Positions 35,617 through 45,000 of a stretch of 64,000 bases of DNA are shown here, piece by piece. Source of the stretch: an uncultured Gemmatimonadales bacterium (GTDB taxonomy: Bacteria > Gemmatimonadota > Gemmatimonadetes > Gemmatimonadales > GWC2-71-9); the NCBI GenBank assembly GCA_963842945.1, contig CAWJIM010000006.1, forward strand, positions 1 to 64,000, written 5' to 3'. Numbering within the stretch: position 1 is the stretch's first letter; every line of letters begins with the position of its first letter. Under the pieces are notes generated by a model. That model had not been told where the DNA came from. It saw only the letters and a program-made list of their open reading frames with translations, and searched no databases. Position numbers and translations under genes: made by a program.

Positions 35617-36278
35617 AGCTTGCTATCCCCCCACAACTCCTTCATCCTCTCCTCCCGCCCACAGCCAATCACGTAGGCCCGATACCGCTCGGGATTCTTC
35701 TTGTAGAACTGCTGATGGTACTCCTCCGCGGGATAGAACTTGGTCGCCCGCTGGATCTCGGTCACCACCGGAGTCTTGAAGCGATGCGAGCGGTCGAGCG
35801 CCTGCTTCGAGGCCTCCGCCGCGCGCTCCTGCGCCGAGTCGCGGTAGAAGATGATCGAGCGGTACTGCGGGCCGGTGTCGCAGAAGGCCCGGTTGACGGT
35901 CGTCGGATCGATGTGGTGCCAGTAGATGTCGAGCAGCCCGTCGTACGAGATCCGGGCCGGCTCGTAGATCACCTGCACCGACTCGGCGTACCCGGTCTTG
36001 CCGGTTTCCACGAACTCGTAGTCCGGATTGGGCTGGGTGCCGCCGGCATAACCCGCCGTCACCTCGACAACGCCGGGCACCCCATCGAACGCCTTCTGCA
36101 TCGACCAGAAGCAGCCGCCGGCAAAGATCGCGATCTTCTGGGCCCCGGTGGGGACCGGCAGAGTGGCGAATTGGACATGCCGGGCCGGAGCGGCGCGGGG
36201 CGGCTTCAGGGCTAGAATGCTCAAACCTAGGAATGACAACAGGATAAGGCCGGCGAATCGGACGGTCGAACGAGTCAT
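35547..36278 (-). CDS. msrA: Methionine-S-sulfoxide reductase with N-terminal signal/TM segment
   Basis: [29 protein letters not shown]; hydrophobic leader [16 protein letters not shown]. Confidence 0.93.
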   Translation of the reverse strand: MTRSTVRFAGLILLSFLGLSILALKPPRAAPARHVQFATLPVPTGAQKIAIFAGGCFWSMQKAFDGVPGVVEVTAGYAGGTQPNPDYEFVETGKTGYAESVQVIYEPARISYDGLLDIYWHHIDPTTVNRAFCDTGPQYRSIIFYRDSAQERAAEASKQALDRSHRFKTPVVTEIQRATKFYPAEEYHQQFYKKNPERYRAYVIGCGREERMKELWGDSKLSGVGSQESGAVPTIRICRRFDS

Positions 36279-36346
36279 GACTGCTGGACTCCGGTGGGGG
36301 ACATCATCAGAACGTCTGGTGGTTCCCGTTTGATCCCAGTCGCGAG

Positions 36347-38401
36347 TCACGAGGCAGCCGGGGATGACAGGCGGGATGATAAAGTATGCGTTTCGACTGC
36401 CTCCAGCGCCCGCAAGAAGTCGGATGCCGAGGGCCAACGCGCCTCGGGTTTTCGAGCCAGCGCCTTGACGATGGCCCGACTGAACGACTCCGGCAACTCG
36501 GGGTTGAGCTCGGCCGGATTGGTGGGGTCCGACTCCTCCTGCTTTAAATGATGCGCCACAAGTGCCAAGGTTCCGCTGGCTTCGAAGACCCTCCGGCCGG
36601 TCACGCATTCGAACAGCACCGCGCCGGTCGCATAGATGTCGGTCCGACCGTCCACCGGCTCGCCCAGCAGCTGCTCCGGCGCCATGTATGCCGGGGTGCC
36701 CACGACCACCCCTTCCACCGTGAGCGCCTTGCCGTCGGTCTGGGCTCCAGCCAATCGCGCGATCCCGAAGTCGGTCACCTTCAGAAAACCGGTGGGGTCC
36801 ACCAGCAGGTTCTGCGGCTTGATGTCGCGGTGCACGATGCCCGCCTCGTGCGCCACCTCCAGCGCGCGGCAGACCTGCTTGCCGATGGTGAGCGCCGCGG
36901 CGACATCGAGTCGGCCTGCTTCCTTGATCATCGACGCGACGGTAGTGCCCCGGACGTATTCCATAGTGATGTAGTAGATCCCGTCGGACTCGCCCAGGTC
37001 GAAGGTGCGAACCACATTTCGGTGGGTGATCCGCCGGGCCAGCCGCAGCTCCTGCTTGAACCGCTCCAGCAGGGTGGGATCGAGCTGCCCTACGTCGGGG
37101 CGGATGGCCTTGATGGCCAGGGTCTCGCCCACCTGCCGGTCGAACGCGCGGTAGACCACGCCCATCCCGCCGGCGCCGAGCGACTCCTGGATCTCGTAGC
37201 GGCCGGCGAAGAGGCGGCCGGTGGAGAGGAGGCCCTGACCGTCGCGCCTCCCCTCGGGCACCCTGGTTGAGGCGGCGCCGGTCCGGAGATACTGGACCAG
37301 ACGATCCTTCTCCCTGAGCTCCTCCACCATCGTTCCGAAGGCCTGGGCCAGGTCGCCGATTTCGTCCCTGGTGCCCACATCGATCGGGCCGGTGTACTCG
37401 CCCTGGGTGACCTTGTGGGTTGCGGCGACCAGGCGCTGAAGCGGGCGGACGATGTGCCGCGCGGCAAGAAGGGAGAATCCCACCGCAAGGAGCAGCCCGA
37501 TGAGGAACGCCCAGCGGATGGTCCGGCGGAGCTGCTGGTAGGCGGCGAGGTCGGCGTCGCGCGAGTGGAGTCCCAGGTATCCGCCGACCGGAACGCTGTC
37601 GGCGGTGGTAAGCGAGCCGACGGTGCCCTCGTACTCGGTGTGGTCCAGGGTGAGATGGATGCGCGAATCCGAGCCGCCGGCGCTGCCGATGCGGAGGCCG
37701 CGAAGGGCGTCGGCAAGTGCGCGGCCGCTGGATTGATTCGCCATGACGGTAGAGGCCGCGACGTGGGGCACCCCCAGCGTGTCGAGCGAGAAGAACACGA
37801 TCCCCGAGTTGGTGTTCCGCCGGAGCCGTGCGGCGAAGGTACTGTCGATCTTGAGCGCGGCGGCGACCACCGCCAGCGGGGTGGCCGACCCCGGGCTCAA
37901 TACCGGCATCGCCACTGCCTGATACAACTGGTCGCCCGCCTCACTCGGCTCGACCCACAGTCCCGATGTGGTCTTTCCCTCCAGGGCCCGGCCGATCAAG
38001 GCGCCGCGGGAGAAGTCCTGGTCGAACAGATCCCGCTCCGAGGTCCAGGCCCGAAGCACACCGCTGGGATCGGTGATCAGCACCCAGTCGGCGCCGGTCT
38101 GACTCCGCAGCTCGTCCGCCTGGTCGAGGAGGTCGGCCCGGTTGCCGGTTCGCACCGACTCGCCGATGCGGGAGACGTAGACCGGCACCTGCACCAGCGC
38201 GGCGGTGAGCTGGCTCAGGGTCTGGCTCCGTCCCCCTAGCGCGTCGCGGATCGCGGCCTGCGTCGCCCGCAGGGCCTGGAGTGCGGCGGACTCGGCGGCG
38301 CGGTCGGCCTGGCGCTTGGTGATGAGCAGGGCGATACCGAGCACTGCGGTGACCACCAGGGCAGTGCCGAGGAAGATCCTGGTGCCGAGGGGGAGTCTCA
38401 C
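36347..38401 (-). CDS. Membrane receptor Ser/Thr kinase: TM - periplasmic Cache-like sensor - TM - HAMP - kinase
   Basis: Two TMs, HAMP (RPLQRL..DEIGDLAQAF), LGAGGMG, AIK, HRDIKPQN, DFG, GTPAYMAPE. Confidence 0.9.
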   Translation of the reverse strand: MRLPLGTRIFLGTALVVTAVLGIALLITKRQADRAAESAALQALRATQAAIRDALGGRSQTLSQLTAALVQVPVYVSRIGESVRTGNRADLLDQADELRSQTGADWVLITDPSGVLRAWTSERDLFDQDFSRGALIGRALEGKTTSGLWVEPSEAGDQLYQAVAMPVLSPGSATPLAVVAAALKIDSTFAARLRRNTNSGIVFFSLDTLGVPHVAASTVMANQSSGRALADALRGLRIGSAGGSDSRIHLTLDHTEYEGTVGSLTTADSVPVGGYLGLHSRDADLAAYQQLRRTIRWAFLIGLLLAVGFSLLAARHIVRPLQRLVAATHKVTQGEYTGPIDVGTRDEIGDLAQAFGTMVEELREKDRLVQYLRTGAASTRVPEGRRDGQGLLSTGRLFAGRYEIQESLGAGGMGVVYRAFDRQVGETLAIKAIRPDVGQLDPTLLERFKQELRLARRITHRNVVRTFDLGESDGIYYITMEYVRGTTVASMIKEAGRLDVAAALTIGKQVCRALEVAHEAGIVHRDIKPQNLLVDPTGFLKVTDFGIARLAGAQTDGKALTVEGVVVGTPAYMAPEQLLGEPVDGRTDIYATGAVLFECVTGRRVFEASGTLALVAHHLKQEESDPTNPAELNPELPESFSRAIVKALARKPEARWPSASDFLRALEAVETHTLSSRLSSPAAS

Positions 38402-38402
38402 C

Positions 38403-39141
38403 TCAGTACCGCCGTCCCTGTTGGGGGTAGGGCCGGCCGAACTTGTTGAGGTGGGGCTTGAACTGGTAACCCCGGGCGTCGAGCTGGAGCTCGAGCTTCG
38501 GGAGGCCGGCGGCCGGCACCTCGACAGCGCGAGAAACGTCGGGCGACCGCTCGTGCCAGGCGTGAAGGGTGTACCGTCCTGGCGGCACGGCCGAGATGGT
38601 GAACGAGCCGTCGCTCGCTGGCTGGACGTACCAGGGATTGTCCCGCACCACCACCAGCGCGCTCATCTGCGAATGCACGTTGCAGTAGACCCGCACGATC
38701 CCGGCCCGCTGGAAGGTGACCGCCGGCGTCTCGCCCCGCCCATAGAGGCCGAGGTCGAAAGGATTCTCCTCAGAGAGGGAGAAGACGTTGTGATTGAAGG
38801 GGTCGTGGTTGGGAAAGCTGACGCTGGAGCCGACCGGCACCACGAGGACGTGGGGAGAGAACTGCTTCTCCGCAGTGGTGATCTCGGCGCGCACCGGTGA
38901 GCGCTGGAACCGGTTTGTCCGCGGTCAGCCAAATGACTGCCTGCCCAACGTCCTCGGCCTGTTTGTCGGCTTTGTCGAGAAGGGTGAGATGGCCGGTGAC
39001 AGTCGCGAGACGCGAGTCACGAGTCGCGAGGGGGTCGGGAGTCGCGAGTCGGGTGTCGGGAAGCGTCGAAATAATCGAGAAGGCTCCTGCCGCACCCAGG
39101 ACGGAGCGGAGTGGCCAAACGCGACTTATCTTGGCTCGCAT
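38403..39141 (-). CDS. Exported cupredoxin-like protein with carboxypeptidase-regulatory-like domain; frameshift near 38900
   Basis: FSPHVLVVPVGSSVSFPNHD..HNVFS, YCNVHSQM (type-1 Cu ligands), VPPGRYTLHAWHER. Confidence 0.8.
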
Positions 39142-39258
39142 GCCGGAACGGTACCGTCCGCTCCAGAGGGCGTCAACGAGTCGCGAGGCGAGAGTCGCGA
39201 GATACGAGAGATGAGTCACGAGTCACGAGTCGCGAGACATGGGTCGCGAGTCGCGAGA
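39000..39258 (+). repeat. Two heptamer arrays (GAGTCGC/GAGTCAC) at 39000-39059 and 39178-39258
   Basis: The second array has 11 units in strict 7-bp phase; the arrays overlap the 5' coding regions of the divergent cupredoxin and porin genes. Confidence 0.88.
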
Positions 39259-40398
39259 GGCGTGGTGGTTGCGCTGCTCCTGCTGCCGCTGGGCAGTCGG
39301 CTCCTCCCCGCGCAGGAGCCGAAACTCGAAGCCAGCGTGCACGGGCTGATCCTGATGAACGGGTTCTACACCAGCGACGACATGAACAACAGCGACGTGC
39401 CGCAGTTCGTGCTCCCGGCGGGCGAGCCGGCGCGGACCACGACCAGCGCTACGGTCCGGCAGTCGCGAGTGACGGTAACCGGGGTAGCCCAGGATTTCGC
39501 CGACGGCACGCTGACGGGCGAGCTGGACGTGGACTTCTTCGGCGGGCAGCAACCCTCGACCGGCGGGCGGACGTTTCCACTGCTTCGAATCCGCCGTGCG
39601 TTCGCCGAGCTGGCCTGGGCTCGGTTCGCGGTTCTGGTGGGACAGGAATCGCCCCCCATCGCGGAGGTGAGCCCGTCCTCCATCGCGAGCATCGGCTTTC
39701 CCCTCTTTGCCGGGGCCGGCAACCTCTGGCTCTGGATCCCGCAGATCCGGCTGAGCGCCGATCTCGCCCCGATAGGCGGCGTTCGCCTTGGGATCGAGGG
39801 CGCGGCTCTGGCGCCGACCTCGGGCGAGCCGCAGCAGACTTTCCTCACCCAACCCGATGCCGCGGAGCGGAGCGGCCGGCCCTACCTCCAGGGGAGATTG
39901 CGGGCCCGCTGGGGCGAGGGTGACCGGCTCGGCGAGATCAGCTTCGGCGGGCACTATGGCTGGCTGGAGGACAGCACCGGCGGCCGGATCGACTCGAAGG
40001 CGCTGGCGGTCAGCGTGTGGACGCCGATCGCCGGCGGCCTCGAGCTCCGGGGCGAAGCCTTCGTCGGGCAGGCGCTGGCCGGACTGGGCGGCGGCGGCAT
40101 CGGGCAGAACATGGTGAGGAACGGCGTGCCGGTCGAAGCCAAGGGCGGATGGGTGCAGCTGAACTATCGAGCTGGGAGCTGGGAGCTGGGAGCCGGGGGT
40201 GGGATCGACGATCCCGAAGATGAAGATCTGGCTGCGTCGTCACGGCTTCGAAACCTGGCGTACGGCGGACACCTGATCTGGCGGCCCTTGCCTGCGGTGA
40301 TCGGGCTGGAGGCACGGGAGATTCGCACGGACTATGCGCCGCCGGTGGGGACGGAGTCGGGTGTCCAGGTGAATCTGGGTATCGGGATAGAATTTTAG
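39211..40398 (+). CDS. Outer-membrane beta-barrel, DcaP-like porin
   Basis: Signal peptide, TVRQSR, GELDVDFFGG, LRIRRAF, LVGQ, amphipathic strands, C-terminal F. Confidence 0.7.
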   Translation: MSHESRVARHGSRVARGVVVALLLLPLGSRLLPAQEPKLEASVHGLILMNGFYTSDDMNNSDVPQFVLPAGEPARTTTSATVRQSRVTVTGVAQDFADGTLTGELDVDFFGGQQPSTGGRTFPLLRIRRAFAELAWARFAVLVGQESPPIAEVSPSSIASIGFPLFAGAGNLWLWIPQIRLSADLAPIGGVRLGIEGAALAPTSGEPQQTFLTQPDAAERSGRPYLQGRLRARWGEGDRLGEISFGGHYGWLEDSTGGRIDSKALAVSVWTPIAGGLELRGEAFVGQALAGLGGGGIGQNMVRNGVPVEAKGGWVQLNYRAGSWELGAGGGIDDPEDEDLAASSRLRNLAYGGHLIWRPLPAVIGLEAREIRTDYAPPVGTESGVQVNLGIGIEF

Positions 40399-40408
40399 AG
40401 CCTGGCCC

Positions 40409-40939
40409 TCATGGGCCGGGCAGACGATGTTCCCAGCGCCACACCGGCCCGTCCTCAGGATCCACAACCTCACCCAGCAGGCGAAAGCCACACTTCTCCA
40501 GCACCCGGGCGGAAGCGTTGCGCTCGGGCAGCGTGTGGGCGCGGACCAGCCGAACCTCGCCGCTGGCACTGGCGAACTCCACCAGCGCACCCGCGGCCTC
40601 GGTGGCGTAGCCTCTGCCCTCGAAGGCGGGCACAATGCCGTAGGCGATCTCGACTGTGTCGGCCCCATCCGGCGGTCCCTTGAAACCGGCGGTCCCGATG
40701 GCCGTGTGGCTCTCCCGTTCCAGCACGAAGAAGCCGTAGCGCCAGGGATCGGGATGGGAGGATTTCTCGAGCTGGGCCAGCCATTCGGGAGACACCTCAC
40801 CCGAGACGAAGAAGTTTCTCAGGCCTTCCGCTACCGGGAATCCGGTGAGCTCGGCAAATCTTTCCGGATGTTGAATCAAGCCGAGCAGATGCTCGGTCGT
40901 GCAGGGAATCAGGCTGAGACGAGGAGTGTCCGGCGACAT
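40409..40939 (-). CDS. RimJ/RimL-type GNAT acetyltransferase
   Basis: IGTAGFKGPP, VEIAYGI, GRGYATEA, NASARVLEKCGF. Confidence 0.88.
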   Translation of the reverse strand: MSPDTPRLSLIPCTTEHLLGLIQHPERFAELTGFPVAEGLRNFFVSGEVSPEWLAQLEKSSHPDPWRYGFFVLERESHTAIGTAGFKGPPDGADTVEIAYGIVPAFEGRGYATEAAGALVEFASASGEVRLVRAHTLPERNASARVLEKCGFRLLGEVVDPEDGPVWRWEHRLPGP

Positions 40940-41002
40940 AGGACTGGAGTATAAGAGTTTCTCGTCCGGAAACCCCGCTCCATCGCGCTGCGTATTGCCC
41001 CG

Positions 41003-42052
41003 ATGCTTCATCTGCTCCTGCTCGCAGCGATTCTCCCGTTTCAGAATGACAGTGCAGAGGGGCTCGAGCTGGTCCGGCTCGGCTCCGATGTGTACGCCGC
41101 CATTCGCAAGGATCCGCTCAGTCTCGCGGTCAACTCCAATTCACTGATCGTCGTGCGTAACAGGGACGTGGTCGTGGTGGACGCCCAGTTCACCCGCGCC
41201 GCGACGCAGGAGACTATCGCGGCGATTCGGAGGATCACGGGCAAGCCGGTGGCTTACGTGATCAACACCCACTGGCACGACGATCACGTGGCCGGTGATC
41301 AGGTGTATCGCGACAGCTTTCCCGGCGTGCGCTTCGTGATGCAGGAGAACACCGCGGCGGATCTGGTGACGCTGGGCGCCCCCAACCGAAAGCAGCAGGT
41401 CGAGGGCGCCCCGCCCGTGGCCGACCGGCTCGAACGGCTGTTGTCCATGGGTCTTGGCCTCGACAGCACTCCGGCGACGCCGATGGAGCGCTCGGCGCTG
41501 GAGAGTGCGATTCGGATTGCCCGGCAGTATGTGAAAGAAGCGCCGGGCTTCAGCCCGGTGGCGGCGACTGACACCGTGCACCAGCGGATGACACTGGGCG
41601 CGGGTCAAGACCGAATCGAGTTGATCTGGTTCGGCCAGGGGAACACCCGAGGAGACCTGGTGGTATATCTGCCCGAGCGGGGGATCCTGGCCAGCGGAGA
41701 TCTGGTGGTGGCGCCGGTGCCGTTCGCATTCAATTCCCATCCCACGTCCTGGGTCGAAGTGCTGGATTCGCTGGTCGCGCTGAAGCCGCGTGTCATCGTG
41801 CCGGGACACGGACCGGTACTGCGCGATCTGGGGTACATTCGCTCGGTGCGGGGCTGGCTGGCCCGAATCGACCGGGAGACGTCAGCCGCCGCTGCCAGGG
41901 ATGATTCGCTGGCCGCCGTCTTGAAGACGGTCACCCTGGACGAGGTTCGTCGGTCCGTCACCCGGGACGAGAAGTGGATGAACTTCTTGTTCCGCAGCTT
42001 CTTCGTGAGACCGGCCGTGCAGGCGGCGTATGACGAGGCGGACGGAACGTGA
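41003..42052 (+). CDS. Exported MBL-fold metallo-hydrolase
   Basis: Signal peptide, VVVDA, NTHWHDDH, GDL, VPGHG. Confidence 0.88.
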   Translation: MLHLLLLAAILPFQNDSAEGLELVRLGSDVYAAIRKDPLSLAVNSNSLIVVRNRDVVVVDAQFTRAATQETIAAIRRITGKPVAYVINTHWHDDHVAGDQVYRDSFPGVRFVMQENTAADLVTLGAPNRKQQVEGAPPVADRLERLLSMGLGLDSTPATPMERSALESAIRIARQYVKEAPGFSPVAATDTVHQRMTLGAGQDRIELIWFGQGNTRGDLVVYLPERGILASGDLVVAPVPFAFNSHPTSWVEVLDSLVALKPRVIVPGHGPVLRDLGYIRSVRGWLARIDRETSAAAARDDSLAAVLKTVTLDEVRRSVTRDEKWMNFLFRSFFVRPAVQAAYDEADGT

Positions 42053-42097
42053 GGAACGACGGAACCTCAGGAATCCGTTTGGCTCTCTCCCTCCTCC

Positions 42098-45000
42098 ATG
42101 TACCTTATAGCTGGAGCCCATAGCCTAGAGCCCATACCACAGCGAGACCCACCATCCCGCTCGATCTGCGCCGGTCCATTACCACGCTCACTCCTCTTCT
42201 CCGCTCGGATGCCCGCGAGGATCTCCTGGCCGGCCCGATTCGGGGCGAGCTGCTCGGCGTCGAGCACCTGGCCGAACGGGCCCAAATGGTGGCCGTGGCA
42301 CAGCGCATCTCGTTCAGACGGCGGCGGCGCCGGACGCCGCTGCTGGTCCGGTTGGAGCAGAACCGGAAGATCCTGGAGGATGCCTATACCCGGCTGAACG
42401 CCGCGGCGGACGGCGGTACCAGCGTGGGTCCCGCCGGTGAGTGGCTGCTGGACAACTACCATGTGATTCAGGAGCACATCGGCGAGGTCCGGGAGAGCCT
42501 GCCGGGCGGTTACTATCGCGAGCTGCCGGTGCTCGCCAGCGGCCCGCTGGCCGGCTATCCCCGGGTGTACGAGCTGGCCATCACGCTGATCTCCCACACC
42601 GAAGGCCGGATCGCGCTGGACAACGTGAGCGGCTTCGTGGCCGCGTTCCAGCAGATCTCGGTGCTCACCATCGGCGAGCTGTGGGCCATCCCCGCCATGC
42701 TCCGGCTGGGACTGATCGAGAACGTGCGCCGGATGGCGCTGCGCTCGGTCCAGCGGGTGGACGAGATCCAGTCGGCCGACTCGGCCGCTGCCCGGCTCAT
42801 CGCCGCGCACGTCGAAGGTGAAAGTGCGGTTGAAGCCGAGCTCAATCGATTCCTCTCCAGCCCACCCACACTCTCTCCAACCTTCGTCTCCCGCTTCGTG
42901 CAGCAGCTCCGCCAGGAGGCCGGCGGCCACGCCGCCACCATGCTGCTGGAGCAGTGGATCACCGAAGAAGCGATGAGCCCGCAGGAGGCCACCACCCGCA
43001 GCACCGAGCGGATGGCCATCACGCAAGTCGTCATGGCCAACAGCATCACCAGCCTCCGCACCGTCGGCCGGATGGAGTGGCGCACCTTCGTCGAGGCGGA
43101 GAGCCGGATCGAGCGGGTGTTGCGGAATGATCCGTCCGGGTTCTACGGCAGCATGACCTTCGCCACCCGCGACCGCTATCGCCACTCGGTCGAGCGCATC
43201 GCCAAGCGGACCCGGCTCAGCGAGGAAGCCGTGGCCGGGAGGACGATCGAGTGCGCCCGCTCCGGCCTGGAGCAACACCCGGAAGACCAGCGCCGCGCGC
43301 ACGTGGGCTATTACCTGGTGGATGAGGGGCTGGCCGAGCTGGAGCGCCTGGCCCAGTACACTCCGGCGCCTGGCGAGATGGTTGACCGCTGGGTGCGGCG
43401 CCATCCCAACGTCGTGTTCGTGGGCGGCATCGTCCTGACCACCATCCTCGCTCTGGCCGCCGTGCTCTGGCTCGGGGGGCCGGCGGCACGCTCGGTCTGG
43501 CCCTGGGTACTGGTGGTTGGCCTGCTTCCAGCCGCCGACATCGCGGTGAGTCTGGTGAACCAGCTCGTGACGGCGTTTCTCCAGCCGCGCCCGCTCTCCA
43601 AGCTCGACCTGCACGAGCACGGCGTGCCGGCCGAGTACCGGACGGCGGTGGTGATCCCCACCCTCTTCCCCAGCGTGGAGTCGGTGGAGGAGTCACTGGA
43701 GAACCTGGAAGTACAGTTCCTGGCCAACCGGGAAGCTCATCTGCACTTCGCTTTGCTGGGCGACTTCACCGACTCGGGCAGCGAGACCCAGGAAGACGAC
43801 GCCGCGATCCTGAAGGCCGCCGTTGCCGGAATCAACGCCCTCAACGCCCGATACGGGGCTGGACGGGAAGACGCGTTCTACCTGTTCCACCGGCCCCGGC
43901 GCTGGAATCCGGTTGAAGGGGTGTGGATGGGCTGGGAGCGTAAACGGGGAAAGCTCGCCGAGTTCAATCGCTTCGTGCTGACCGGCGAGGAGAGCGGCTT
44001 TTCCGCCATCGTGGGCGACAAGAGTTTGCTCCGCTCGGTGCGGTACGTGATCACCCTCGATTCCGACACCACACTGCCACCGGACGCGGCGCCCGCGCTG
44101 GTGGGAGCGCTGGCGCACCCGCTCAATCGCGCGGTGTACGATGACAACCTGGGAAGAGTGGTCAGCGGGTACGCAATACTACAGCCCCGGGTCGGGGTCT
44201 CCTTGCCCAGCGCGCACCGATCGCTGTTCGCCTCGATCCACTCCGGGCACCCTGGCGTGGATCCTTACACCACCGCGGTCTCCGACGTCTACCAGGACCT
44301 CTACGGCGAGGGGAGCTTCACCGGCAAGGGGGTCTACGACGTCGTCGCGTTCGAGCGCGCCACCCGGGGGCGATTCCCCGAGAACACGCTGCTGTCGCAC
44401 GACCTGATCGAGGGCAACTACGCCCGCGCCGGTCTGGCCACCGACGTGATCGTCTACGACGACTATCCCACCCGCTACCTGACCTACACCCGGCGCAAGC
44501 ACCGCTGGATCCGGGGCGACTGGCAGCTCCTGCCCTGGCTCCGGCGCTGGGTGCCGGGCCCCCAGGGGCGCGAGCGCAACCGGCTGTCGATCCTCTCGCG
44601 GTGGAAGATCATCGACAACCTCCGGCGCAGCACGGTGGAGCTGGCCCAGCTGGTCTTCCTGGTGGCCGGCTGGACTGTCTTGCCCGGCTCCCCGATCCGC
44701 TGGACGCTGCTCGGGATCGGGGCCATTGCCGCGCCCTGGATCGTCTCCCTCCTGCTCGCGCTGGTGCGTCCGCCGCTGGATAAGTCCTGGCGAGCCTACT
44801 ATGCGGCGGTTGGGCACGATTTCGTCACCAGCATTCAGCAGATAGCTCTCGCGGTCGCGTTCCTGCCCCACCAGGCCTGGGCCTCGGCCGACGCGATCGT
44901 GCGCACGATCTGGCGGATGAAGGTGAGCCACCGGCACCTGCTGGAGTGGCAGACCGCGTCGCAGATCGAGCGGGGAACCCGGACGACGACCGGAGCGGTG

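Noticed and set aside
39000..39258. CRISPR array
   Set aside because: Units are 7-bp tandem repeats without unique spacers, and no cas genes are present
41003..42052. Metallo-beta-lactamase (carbapenemase)
   Set aside because: Only the generic HxHxDH fold motif is evident, and it is shared by many unrelated hydrolases
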